Positions 26,450-39,815 of a stretch of DNA of 64,000 nt are shown in pieces; the first letter of the stretch is position 1; each line of letters opens with the position of its first letter. The translations under genes and the position numbers were made by a program. Origin of the DNA: Octopus sinensis (taxonomy: Eukaryota); NCBI RefSeq assembly GCF_006345805.1, contig NC_043012.1, positions 13,268,001-13,332,000 of the forward strand, read 5' to 3'. The notes under the pieces are model-generated. The model searched no databases and was not told the origin of the DNA. It saw only the letters and a list, made by a program, of their open reading frames with translations.

Positions 26450-27496
26450 ATATGTTTATGTGTCTTTATGTCTTTGTCTCCACAGTATACCGCTTGACAA
26501 ACGGTGTTGGTGTGTTTGTGTCATCGTGACTTAGCAGTTCGGCAAAAAGAGGTCATTCGAATGATTACCATGCTTAAAGAAGGAGTACTAGGATCTGTGT
26601 ATTTGACTGAAAATTTAAGGTAGCTCCAAGCATGGCCGCAGTGAAAGATGAAATATAAAGGATATATACATGGATACATTTCTATTTCTCATCTTTTCAC
26701 ATGAAAGTTTCCAATTTACAGTAGGAAAAAATAATCTTCTGTAAGGAAGATTAAGATTAAGATATAATCCGCCAAGAAAATTATGATACGGTTGCAATAC
26801 TTCGGAATGCCTGAAAAAAACTTAACTCATATTTTCATATTATTTTATAACAGAAAAAAATTCCATGACATAAACGCACACATCCAGTGAAGGAATTGTA
26901 GAATATGAGGATTCTAAAACAATCATAGTAACATTGCAACAGGAACATTTGTGTGGGTAAAACTTAAAACATTTGTGTTGTAAACATGTGACCTGCTCTG
27001 GGTCTCATCTTGTAATCCCTTGGTCAATAGTCATCTGATATTTTCTAGAAGATTAAACAGTCTCATAAATCGCATAACCCCATAATTCTAAAACCACAAC
27101 AAAGACAAAAATTATTGATCCCGAAGTAGGAGTTCCGCATCTTAATTGCGCAGCCATAAAGGAAGAAATAAATAATCAATTTTACTGACAATCTCTGACA
27201 GAAAGTTGATAAAAGGACACTGTACGAACGCACATCGTATGGTTACGTCTTCGTGTGTCTCTATATATTCAAGTTTCTAACATTTAAATCTGTTTATGAA
27301 TATAAATTGATGATAAAGTACAAAATATAATTTGATCCACAAAGATATGTCATCAAAACTTTCCGAGTACTGCCACAAAAATAAGCAATAACTGTACATA
27401 TACATGTAAATCCATCCATCCATATATATATATGGATATATAATATATATATATATATATAATTATTCGTCGGTCAGACTTGGGGTAAATTTTATG

Positions 27497-27535
<39 letters not shown>

Positions 27536-28149
27536 TTATTTATATATTTATATATATGTGTGTGAGAGTTTGTGTGCTTCAAGCGTGTGTAGAGTGATAG
27601 GGATATGTAGATATACATACATAGATATCTCTACACATACATGCGCATATATTCTTACATAAAACTCGCAGGTTTAAAAAGAATCAGACAATACAAAATG
27701 TAGAATTTTATGTTTTATTCAATCTTAAGAAATACCACAAATTTTTACTCAGAGTTGCACGTAATCATTCCTCGGTCAGACTTGGGTATTCAGTATAATA
27801 AATTAGCTGATAAGTATTTCCAAACATTTATGATTAATACGACGTAGAAAGTAAAGTTTCCCGGTATACCTAAGTTTAATGAAAAATAACATATTTATCG
27901 AAGTTTTAACAGCATCTCTATCGAAATAGTTAGTATGAGCATTATGCGTACATACAGACGTCAGCGCGTACTCATGGCTGCAGTCTACTGACAGAAGCAA
28001 GTAAAAGATAAAAATAAAAGATATATACATACATACGTATTTATGCCTCGTTTCTTATAAAATGTGAGTTATTATCTAGTATTTTCCACTTTACAGGAAG
28101 AAATGAATAACTGTATTGAAGGAAATTAAATGTAATCCATCGAAAAAAT

Positions 28150-28400
28150 TATAATACGGTTGCAATATTTCAAAATTTCTTAACACATTGCACCAGCCCC
28201 AGAGTTCCTGCCACTTTTGGAATCTGGCCTGGAAATTGTTTCGCATTGGATTTGGGCAACGGTGTTAAAATGGCGATCTTTGTGCTGCATTTTTATGTTG
28301 CAGAAGAGAATGATATCTGCAGGAGGTAAATCTGGCGAAAAGCGTGAGTGCGGAAGTGATACCATGGTGTTCTTAGCGTGAAACTCACGAATAAGGTGAG
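28150..28400 (-). mobile_element. Mariner transposase remnant
   Basis: ORF 28180-28365 LPHSRFSPDLPPADIILFCNIKMQHKDRHF. Confidence 0.7.
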
Positions 28401-28820
28401 CTCAGTGACAGGATGCTAAATTGCCAACCATGATATTAGATTTTCCAGCATTATTTTTTTATGACCTACAAGAAGTAAGAGGATACTATTGTACTATTGT
28501 TCACTGAAATATTTTCTTATCGTGCATGTATAAATTTTGTGACTATTCTTGGCCTAGAAATATTTTTTGACTTAATTAACCCGTGTGGCTTCTATTTTCT
28601 GCCATTAGCGGTAGTGTTTTTATTAGTACTACCGCTATCATATTTATTTTTAAATAATTTCACGTATTTCATTTGTTTAAGTTGTGGTTGATTATTTCAA
28701 ATGAATTTACAAGCATGTTGAGGGTAAATTTTAATAGCTGTGCTATGGCAGATTTGACTGAAGCGAATCAGGTACGGTGTGGCGCGTGTATGTGCATAAC
28801 AGATGTGTACATTTGTTTTT

Positions 28821-28862
<42 letters not shown>

Positions 28863-30002
28863 TGTGTGTATTACAAAACATCCGTTAGTCAAACCGGTTT
28901 TAGTTCTTACACAACTAGACTCAACACTACCTAAACATGTATTTGTATTTCAGCTTTCATAAACGTTTTATGTATATCCGAATGAATTATGTGACACAGA
29001 CCCCTTGTAGACTCCTGCGACAGCATAATATACCAGTGATACTACCTTTCTGATGTATTCTTCTTGTTTGCACTGAGAGAATGGTGATTTATAAATAATT
29101 TAATTTAATCATAGTTATAATTGATTTTTTTTTTCATGTTACGCATATGTTGCTGCTAACATTTGAAACGATCCTATGCATGGATTAGTATTCTATAAAA
29201 CTTTAACACACCTACTCCATCTTTAATTGCTTGATGTGTTTATATAGGATACGTGTTCTATAAATGCTCATAACACACCTTATAATTATATATATATATA
29301 CTTGTATGTATTGTATGAAATACGTTCTGTCTGTGTATAAGTCTTCAAAAAATTACAAAAATTGATTCCAGGTGAGAATACGATCGATAAAGCCGTGGGA
29401 ACGTGTTTTTGTGCGCGCAAGTAATCAGCTGTTGCCACTACCTTTTCCGTACCCTTGAACATCCCGTAAAGTAAGTTAGCTTCAAATTAGTTACTTAGTT
29501 CCCTAGGTTATTCCTTTTAATCAGAAATCTCCCCAAGTTGATTTCCTAAATGTTTTATCGGACAAACTTATTTTTGTCCCAGGTACGTTCTAATATATTC
29601 ATCATGCTTTTCCATCTAGATTTACCTCCAGGTAACCCATTTGCATCGTTTTTGTCCTGCTTTACTTCCGTCAACCTGTACAAGACTGCACCTTCCATTT
29701 TTGTTGTTTTTGTACTGCTTAAAGGCACGTTTCTTTCCTGCCAAGCTTACTGTTTAAACAATGTTCTCCCAGTCAACAGCCTTATTATTACTGGTACTTT
29801 AAACTCTTCGCTTCCACATTTGTGAGAATAAAATCGTTTTTCTTCAGAATAGAAAAAAATCTATATTTTTTTATTCTTTTGCTGGTGTCTGAAATTTAGG
29901 TTAAATCAGTGGGAGATCGGACAAGTTGTTTTGAGAAAATTTCGTTTTAACTTTTGACAACTCAGCACCGTCCATTGGACGGGGGGACGATTTACTCGTG
30001 TA

Positions 30003-30335
30003 TCTCTCTATATATAAACGGCAGTTTGTCTGTGCGTGTTTCTGTGTGTCTGTTTGCTTGTACCCTCACCCTGACCACGGCTTTCAACCGATTCTGATGA
30101 AACTTGACACACACATAGCCCAATGTCATAATTCAAAACTAACGCAGTGAAAATTTTGAAAAGTTCCCCCAGTTCTGAAAAAAATCGATAAATTCGACAT
30201 GGGGTCGAGAATCAGAAACACAAACTTTACCATCATTTTTTTCCATTTTTTTGTTATTTTTTGGCTATAACTCTCTAAAAATGCTTTATAGTTATTTCCC
30301 TTACAAACATGAGCAACGCCGGGCGATACTGCTAG
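30003..30335 (+). mobile_element. Non-autonomous Helitron
   Basis: A|TC 5' end, 3' GC-rich palindrome remnant gagcaacgccggg then CTAG|T, no TSD. Confidence 0.85.
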
Positions 30336-30683
30336 TTTATATATAAAAGTGAAGTTGTGTGTCTGTCTCCTACGATTTAGATTCCTAACTACTCCCACAA
30401 TTTGCGGTGCAGTGTAACCAAAAGCGGGTATCTTATAGTCGTGATTCATATCGAGCCCTTCCGGGTATTAGCGCGCGTCTACGATGAGTCTACGATTTAA
30501 AAAAAAAATTACCATCATGTTTTTCCATTTTAATGCATTTCTTTCGCTATTATATAAGGGAAGTAACTCTCTAAAAATGTCTACGATGAGTCAACGATTT
30601 AAAAAAAATTTACGATAATTTTTTTTCCAATTTTAATGCATTTTTTTGCTATTTTTTGGCTATAACTCTCTGAAAATGCTTAC
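30336..30683 (+). mobile_element. Second Helitron, head-to-tail with the first, 3' end missing at this position
   Basis: Collinear with the complete copy at 37351-37743 up to ctctctgaaaatgctt, where a SINE interrupts it. Confidence 0.8.
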
Positions 30684-31086
30684 ATTCTTCTTCTTCTTGT
30701 TTCAGTCATTTGACTGCGGCCATGCTGGAGCACCGCCTTTAGTGGAGCAAATCGACCCCAGGACTTATTCTTTGTAAGCCCAGTACTTATTCTATCGGTC
30801 TCTTTTGCCGAACCGCTAGGTAACGGGGACGTAACCACACCAGCATCGGTTGTCAAGCAATTCTAGGGGGACAAACACAGACACACAAACACACACATAT
30901 ACATATATACACATACATATATACGAAAGGCTTCTTTCAATTTCCGTCTACCAAATCCACTCACAAGTCATTGGTCGGCCCGGGGCTATAGTAGAAGACA
31001 CTTGTCCAAGATGTCACGCAGTGGGACTGAACTCGGAATCATGTGGTTGGTTAGCAAGCTACTTACCACACAGCCACTCCTGCGCC
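30684..31086 (-). mobile_element. Full-length ~400-bp tRNA-derived SINE
   Basis: Head ggcgcaggagtggctgtgtggtaagtagcttgc...gagttcagtcccactgcg, internal CA/TA tract, tail ggcggtgctccagcatggccgcagtcaaatgactgaaacaagaagaagaag. Confidence 0.92.
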
Positions 31087-31248
31087 ATTATATATATATA
31101 TTCTCTCCCAATTTCGCAGTGTGTGTATGTGCATAAATAGATGTATTTACGGTAATGTATCCCATTGCTTAGGTTATAATATTTCATTAATATATGTTTT
31201 GATGAACGTCAAATCTGATAACAAGATTGCTTTACACCATTCAAGGCC

Positions 31249-34200
31249 TCAGAGATCAAAGAGGGGTGCCGACAGAAATCAAAGAGGGGTGCCGACAGAG
31301 ATCAAAGAGGGGTACCGACAGAGATCAAAGAGGTGTGCCGACAGAGATCAAAGTAGGTGTCGATAGAGATCGAAGGGGGTGCCGACAGAGATCAAAGAGG
31401 GTGCCGACATAGATCAAAGGGGTGCCGACAGAGAGCAAAGAGGGGTGCCGACAGAGATCAAAGGAGGTCCCGACAGAAATCAAAGAGGGGTGCCGACAGA
31501 GATCAAAGGGGGTGCCGACAGAGATCAAAGAGGGGTGCCGACTGAGGTTAAAAAGGGTGCCGACAGAGATCAAAGTGAGTGCCGACAGAGATCAAAGAGG
31601 GGTGCTGACAAAGATGAAAGGGGGTGCCGACAGAGTTCAAAGAGGGGTGTCGACAGAGATCAAAGAGGGGTGTCGACAGAGATAAAAGGGGGTGTACAGA
31701 GATCAAAGAGGGATGCACAGAGATCAAGGGAGGTGCCGACAGATATCAAAGACGGGTACCTACAGAGATAAAAGAGGGTGCCGACAGAGATCAAAGAGGG
31801 GTACCGACAGAGATCAATGGGGGTGCCGACAGAAATCAAAGAGAGGTGCCGACAGAGATCAAAGAGGGGTGCCGACAGAGATCAAAGGGGGTGCCGACAG
31901 AGACCAAAGGGGGTGCTGACAGAGATCAAAGTGGGTACCGACAGAGATAAAAGAGGGTGCCGACAAAGATCAAAGAGGGGTACCGACAGAGATCAAAGGG
32001 GATGCCGACAGATATCAAAGACGGGTACCTACAGAGATCAAAGAGGGGTACCGACAGAGATCAAAAAAGGGTGCCGACAGAGCTCAAAGAGGGATGCCGA
32101 CAGAGATCAAAGAGGGTGTCGACAGAGATCGATTGGGGTGCCGACAGAAATCAAAGAGAGGTGCCGACAGAGAGCAAAGGGGTACCGACAGAGATCAAAG
32201 GGGGTGCCGACAGAGACCAAAGAGGGTGTCGACAGATATCAAAGATGGGTGCTGATAGAGATCAAAGGGGGTGCCGCCAGAGATCAAAAAGGGTGCCGAG
32301 AGATATTAAAGACATCAAAGAGGGGTGCCGACAGAGATCAAAGAGGGGTGCCGACAGAGATCAAAGGGGGTGCCGACAGAGATCAAAGAGGGGTGCCGAC
32401 AGAGATCAAAGAGGGGTGTCGACAGAGATCAAAGAGGGATGCACAAAGATCAAAGGTAGTGCCGACAGAGATCAGAGGGGGTGCCGACAGAGATCAAAGA
32501 GGGGTGCCGATAGAGATCAAAGAACGGTGCCGACAAGGATCAAAGAGGGTGCCGACAGAGATCAATGGGGTGCCGACAGAGATGAAAGGGGGTGCCAACA
32601 GAGATCAAAGAGGGGTCCCGACAGAGATCAAAGGGGGTGCCGACAGAGATCAAAGACGGGTGCCGACAGAGATCAAAGGGGGTGTACAGAGATCAAAGGG
32701 GGTGCCGACAGAGATCAAAGAGGGGTACCGACAGAGATCAAAGAGGGCTACCGACAGAGATCAAAGAGGGATACCGACAGAGATCAAAGAGGGGTGTCGA
32801 CAGAGATCAAAGAGGGATGCACAGAGATCAATGGGGGTGCCGACAGAGATCAAAGAGGGGTACCGACAGAGATCAAAGAGGGCTACCGACAGAGATCAAA
32901 GAGGGTGCCGACAGAGATCAAAGAGGGGTGCCGACAGAGATCAAAGGGGGTGCCGACAGAGATCAAAGAGGGTGCCGACAGAGATCAAAAAGGGTGCCGA
33001 AAGATATAAAAGAGATCAATGGGGTGCCGACAGAGATCAAAGAGGAGTGCCGACAGAGATCAAAGAGGGGTGTCGACAGAGATCAAAGGGGTGCCGACAG
33101 AGATCAAAGAGGGGTGCCGACAGAGATCAAAGACGGGTGCTGACAGAGATCAAAGGGGGTGTACAGATATCAAAGGGGGTGCCGACAGAGATCAAAGAGG
33201 AGTGTCGACAGAGACCAAAGACGGGTACCGACAGAGATCAAAGAGGGATGCCGACAGAGATCAAAGAGGAGTGTCGACAGAGATCAAAGAGGGATGCACA
33301 GAGATGAAAGGGGGTGCCGACAGAGATCAAAGAGGGGTGCCGAAAGAGATCAAAGAGGGATGCACAGAGATGAAAGGGGTGCCGACAGAGATCAAAGAGG
33401 GGTGCCGAAAGAGATCAAAGAGGGGTGCCGATAGAGATCAAAGAAGGGTGCCGACAAGGATCAAAGAGGGTGCCGACAGAGATCAATCTGGTGCCGACAG
33501 AGATCAAATGGGGGTGCCGACAGAGATCAAAGAGGGGTGCCGACAGAGATCAAAGAGGGTTCCGACAGAGATCAAAGAGGGGTGCCGACAGAGATCAAAG
33601 AACGGTGCCGACAAGGATCAAAGAGGGTGCCGACAGAGATCAATGGGGTGCCGACAGAGATGAAAGGGGGTGCCAACAGAGATCAAAGAGGGGTGCCGAC
33701 AGAGATCAAAGGGGGTGCCGACAGAGATCAAAGACGGGTGCCGACAGAGATCAAAGACGGGTGCCGACAGAGATCAAAGGGGGTGTACAGAGATCAAAGG
33801 GGGTGCCGACAGAGATCAAAGAGGGGTACCGACAGAGATCAAAGAGGGCTACCGACAGAGATCAAAGAGGGGTACCAACAGAGATCAAAGAGGGCTACCG
33901 ACAGAGATCAAAGAGGGATACCGACAGAGATCAAAGAGGGGTGTCGACAGAGATCAAAGAGGGATGCACAGAGATCAATGGGGGTGCCGACAGAGATCAA
34001 AGAGGGGTACCGACAGAGATCAAAGAGGGCTACCGACAGAGATCAAAGAGGGGTACAAACAGAGATCAAAGAGGGCTACCGACAGAGATCAAAGAGGGAT
34101 GCCGACATAGATCAAAGAGGGGTGTCGACAGAGATCAAAGAGGGATGCACAGAGATCAAAGGGGGTGCCGACAGAGATCAAAGAGGGTGCCGACAGAGAT

Positions 34201-34558
34201 CAAAGAGGGGTGCCGACAGAGACCAAAGAGGGTGCCGACAGAGATCAAAGAGGGGTGCCGACAGAGATCAAAGAGGGTTCCGACAGAGATCAAAGAGGGG
34301 TGCCGACAGAGATCAAAGAGGTGTGCCGAGAGAGACCAAAGGGTTGCCGAAAGAGATCAAAGAGGGGTGCCGACAGAGATCAAAGGAGGTACCGACGGAG
34401 ATCAAATGGGATGCCGACATAGATCAAAGAGGGGTGCCGACAGAGATCAAAGAGGGATGCTGACAGAGATCAAAGGGGGGGTTGACAGATATCAAAGGGG
34501 GTGTCGACAGAGATCAAAGAGTGTGCCGAAAAAGATCAAAGAGGGTGCCGAAAGAGAC
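31249..34558. repeat. Minisatellite array, 21-23-bp monomer, consensus GACAGAGATCAAAGAGGGGTGCC, ~150 copies
   Basis: Directly visible. Purine-rich plus strand. Variant blocks recur, e.g. ~32518 and ~33598. Confidence 0.97.
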
Positions 34559-34559
34559 C

Positions 34560-34599
34560 TTCCCTTACAAACCCGAGCAACGCCGGGCGATACTGCTAG
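34560..34599 (+). mobile_element. Isolated Helitron 3' terminus capping the minisatellite
   Basis: ttcccttacaaacccgagcaacgccgggcgatactgCTAG|T is identical to the end of the Helitron at 37351-37743. Confidence 0.9.
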
Positions 34600-34610
34600 T
34601 ATATATATAT

Positions 34611-34668
<58 letters not shown>

Positions 34669-34709
34669 TGTGAGTGGCAGATAGATACATACATACATAC
34701 ATTATATTG

Positions 34710-34860
34710 ATTCAGAAGTGGGTGTGTGGTTAGAAGACTGCTTCTCAACCAACATTGTTCCAGCTTCAGTCAGACTGCGTGGCAACGCGGGCAAGTGCCT
34801 TGTGCCATGGTTTCGGTCCGCCAAAAGCCTTTTGAGTGAATATGGTAGATAAACACATAT
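34710..34860 (+). mobile_element. Degenerate SINE head
   Basis: gtgtgtggttagaagactgcttctcaaccaac...ttcagtcagactgcgtggcaac..gggcaagtg resembles the head of 30684-31086. Confidence 0.6.
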
Positions 34861-36620
34861 ACCAATGATTAAGTAATGTACAAAATAATAAATATAACAT
34901 ATATATTTGGTAAAATGACTATACATGTTTCGTGGCTATGTTTAAAGATAAAACAATAAAATAATTAAATGAATAATTATACGTATATAATCTTGTAAAA
35001 TACGAAATACCTTAACAAATATATTCTGGTGTAAGTAGAAATAGAATAAATAGGTATAAATATTTATTATATGTATAAAAATAAAATTTTAACTTAAAAG
35101 AATAACAAACTATAATATATCATTATTACTAGAAAATAAAATGCAATTAATTAAATTATTTAAAGCAAACAAATACATATATATATATAATACAAAATAT
35201 ATATTAGGTGAAAACGTAAATACTATAATTTAATCTATATAGATTAAAATTAATTATTTATTTATTTATTTAATTTATTACGTTTATTTTTATTTTTATA
35301 ATGTGATGTAACTTATTACATATAATTTACTTTGAGAAGTAGTTCTGTATGACATTATATTATTTAATAGTTAGGAAGTTTATATGTTATGTAGTAAATC
35401 ATTTAATTAAATAAATTTAATATTAATTGATATTTTGGTCAATGCTATAAGTGAATGTAATATTAAATTTATATATCCTATATATAAATCAATAATATAG
35501 TATATTTTTATAATAAGTGTGTATATATTTGAACCATTTTCTATTTTTGATTCTAATATGCTTAGCTTGTACTAGTATTATGTATATAACATGAAGTTTG
35601 TTTTTAGTATATATTTTCAAATGTAAGAATGATTTCGACACGAGAAATATCATGTAACTTCGTTAGAGATGTTTGCAAATATAATGCTATCTTTTTAAAT
35701 CTTGGTTTATTATAAACATATGTAATGATACGGTACATGCATTTGATTAAATATTGATTCACATTAAAATATTATGATATATTTGTGTGACACTTGTACG
35801 TGGAAATGAAATAAATTATTTCTACAAAGTAATGTAATAGGACAGCAATGTAGCAGTATTGTTCTTACGCCAAACAAAACGCCCATTGGCATTTTCCCAT
35901 CTAGACGCTCCGAAACAATGTGAATTGTGACTTTCATAATTTTTGAGATCGATCAAACAGTACCAGTTAACCGGTAGAATTTCTGTCACTCACGTCTCCC
36001 GCATTTCAAAACTGCTGACCTTTTGCCATAAGTTTAAACCAATATTTATTCAAGATTATAAATTGTATACATATAGATTTATATTGAAGAGTATACCAAA
36101 TATGTTTAAGTGAATGTGACATAAGATATAGATGAATATATTTAAACATAGTGCATAGGAAATACATAATTAGTGCAAAAAAAAACATCGTTATTTTAGC
36201 GCTGCAATCACTATAAATAATGGAGGATTTATCTGGATATTTTCTGAGTAAATAAATATATGATATGTCGTAATAGCGTTTGCAAATATCAGACAATACT
36301 ATTTTGCAAGGGGCATGTTTATTGCATATCACCAGTTAATAACTATGAATGTACATTAGAACAATTGATGTTTTATTGAACATACGTTATAAATATATGT
36401 GTGTGTGCGTGTGTGTATGGATATATATATATATTCATATATATGTGTATATATATATGTATATATATATATATATAAATGTGCACATATATATATATAT
36501 GTGTGTATGTATATATATGTATATCTATATGTATATATATGTAAATATATATATATGTGTGTGTGTGTGTGTATATATATATATGTACATATATATGCAT
36601 GTATATATATATATATATAT

Positions 36621-36692
<72 letters not shown>

Positions 36693-36860
36693 GGTAAATA
36701 ATTTTTCCGTGGTGTTTCCTACAACCAACAATTATTTACCGGTAAATTTCGGTATGTAAATATGACTTTTAGCGCCAGGAACTTCTGTAGAGTTCAGTAT
36801 ATATTGTAAATATAATTAAAAGGGCAGGCAACAGGTTGCTCCGCCGCATACCAAGGGAAT

Positions 36861-37927
36861 TAGAAATGGCAGTCAAAGACTGTTTATTTCCATTTTCTAC
36901 AAGTGGAGGTTCCATATACGACAACCCTGCAATTCACATACGCAAAATCGGAGTAGTAAATAAACGAAAACAATCTCCTACCGTTAATGATGAACATGTA
37001 TCTAGATCGTAGACTAGAAATTGCCTAATTTCTTTCGTCAACACCATATTCGATAGATTTATCAAATGCCACCAGCCCCCACCTCTGACCAGGCGACATC
37101 AGATAGTGGGGGGAAGTGTGCAGATGTTAAAACTAAGTAAACGACTGGGACCGTAAATTTTCCCTCCAACATTCTGCTATGCGCGCCACCTGGGTGATCG
37201 CAATGGAGTAAGAAATCCACATGGTAATACAATAAAAAGTGTAAATAATTTTTCCGTGGTTTTTCGTACAACCAACAATTATTTACCGGTAAATTTCGGT
37301 ATGTAAATATGACATTTAGCGTCAGGAACTTCTGTAGAGTGCAGTATATATCTATATATATATAAGTGAAGTTGTGTGAGTGTCTGTCTCCTACGATTTA
37401 GATTCCTAACTACTCCCACATTTTGCGGTGCAGTTTAACCAAATTCGGGTATCTTATAGTCGTGATGCATATCGAGCCCGTCTGCGTATTAGCGCGCGTC
37501 TACAATGATTCTACGATTTTAAAAATAATTTACCATCATTGTTTTCCATTTTAAGGCATATTTTTTTAAAGGGAAGTAATTCTCTAAAAATGTCTACGAT
37601 GAGTCAACGATTTTTTAAAAAATTTACCATCATATTTTTTCCATTTCTAATGCATTTTTTGCTATTTGTTTGCTATAACTCTCTAAAAATGCTTTATAGT
37701 TATTTCCCTTACAAACCCGAGCAACGCCGGGCGATACTGCTAGTTGTAAATATAATTAAATATAATTAGGCAATTTTTAGCCTACGATCTAGAAACATGT
37801 TCATCATTAACGGTAGGAGATTGTTTTCGTCTATTTACTACTCCGATTTTGCGTATGTGAATCGCAGGGTTTGTCGTATATGGAACCTCCACTTGTAGAA
37901 AATGGAAATAAACAGTCTTTGACTGCC

Positions 37928-37934
<7 letters not shown>
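36861..37934. mobile_element. Element bounded by ~170-bp inverted repeats, private to duplication copy A
   Basis: 36861-37030 (tagaaatggcagtc...ttgcctaatt) is the reverse complement of 37764-37934. The internal segment 37241-37350 directly repeats the external segment 36691-36815. Confidence 0.7.
37351..37743 (+). mobile_element. Complete non-autonomous Helitron (393 bp)
   Basis: TC...hairpin cccgagcaacgccggg...CTAG inserted between A and T without a TSD. The empty paralogous site cagtatata|ttgtaaat is present at ~36795-36812. Confidence 0.93.
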
Positions 37935-37965
<31 letters not shown>

Positions 37966-38236
37966 TATATATATATTATATATATATATATTATATATAT
38001 ATATATATATATATCTAGAATTCACTTTACCACACACCGAACTTTTCAGAAATAGCAGCCAAAATTTGGCTATTTCTTCAACTGAAAATAAAAGTCTCCA
38101 GACAATGCATACTTTACCATATTTTTATAAATTAATACTTCAAATATACCGTAAATGGTCTTTACATACCGAATACTGCTTGGTCGAATTTATTAACAAT
38201 TAATTAATTCGACCCCCTTTTTTGATAACTATATAT

Positions 38237-38345
<109 letters not shown>

Positions 38346-39815
38346 CAGATAGACAGACATAGATATAGATATATTACACAGTTTCCAAAGCGTATGAGTG
38401 ACCGATATCATAACACTCCACAGGAATGGAATTCTATTGAGCATCATGGTCCCTTCTTAAGGGCCAAGTGTACTGAAGAATTATGGAAAGAAGTGATTGC
38501 TTTAAAAACACAACGCCCAGAGTTAGAGCATTTTAGTGTATCGAAACATTAGTATCCATGACAAAAGAAAATCATGTGTGAAAAGTAAAGGCTCTGTGAT
38601 GCTTTTGATTCCCCAGGATAGAACATTTTTTGCTTGGTTTTTATGGGCGTGTATGTGTGTAGAGCGATGCAAGGTTAATAGAGTCCGCCGACGTAGGAGA
38701 GTAGAAATTTGAACTGTTATTGTTTGTGTGTATGTGTGCAGGTGTGACGTGTTAAGCTGGGATTTAGGATTTAGGAGTGAGCCCGACTATGTCTGTTTGA
38801 AGGAACACAGACAGTAGTTTTGAAGTCTAGGCCTGTGTATGACACGCTACTGTATAGAATTAGTGCATGCAAAATGGAACATAAAGCGATAATGGATGGG
38901 CGTTCATTGAAAGGAGACAAAAAAATAAGACAAGATTAGTTCCTTGGAATAGCGTGGCAACCTTGTCAAGTTGCTTTTCTGTAAATCATGTGCCCAGTGT
39001 AAATTTGAAAGTACAATAAATGTCTTAGAATCATTTCCTTATTTTAGTAAACTCTTTAATTAATTATCATATAGGATATAAAGTGAGTGACATGATTTCG
39101 ACTACCAGCTTTATATTGAATGCATATATTTAATACATAAAATCCAATGCGCATCACTATTTTCTTTTATGCCTTTGCGGTGCCTAAAACGAGGAGATAT
39201 TTAATAAGGATTTCGAAATAAACTATTTTGAATATAATCAAAGGACAGATCCGTCTTTGCCAAATTCATCATCTTTCTTTTATTTATTTTGTATTATTTA
39301 GATTTAAATATTATAATTTAATGTAGCATAGTATGTCAAACTTGAGGTGAAGAAAGATCTGTTGTTTTACAAAATTATTTTAAAAGCGTACCAGACATTG
39401 TGCAAAAAGCCGGTGTATTCGAAATTCACTTGTCTGCGTCAACTCTTCAAATGGTTCTTAGATAAAATATAGAATGTATGCGCATTGAGTTAGGTTTTTG
39501 TTAGTAACTTCCGCTTCGCTTACGTGCGCAGGTTGTTGTAGTTGCTTGACATAGTCTTTCTGTGTGTTTGCTAAATTACAGGAAAGCAACTGCAAAGATT
39601 TTCACCACATCTGAGGGAAATAGGCGTAAACGATTAGGAAAGGAAATAATTCTTGATGTCGTTTTGTTGAATTATAAATTCAGCTAAGAAGGTATATTTT
39701 TAATGAAATTTTGTTTTAACTATGTGCGTACACAGGGTCTGCATTGCCTCTCTGATGCCTTATTATCTTTCATTATGTAATAGAAAAGCATCAGACTACT
39801 CTTTTCTGTGTCTTA

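Noticed and set aside
31249-34558. CRISPR-like appearance of short regularly repeated units
   Set aside because: No unique spacers, repeats are contiguous and variable, no cas genes, and the context is eukaryotic.
31121-34624. Long ORFs (up to 509 aa) of PTEIKEG/RQRSKRG repeats
   Set aside because: They arise in several frames from a stop-poor 21-23-bp minisatellite with frequent frame-changing indels; no signal of protein-level constraint.
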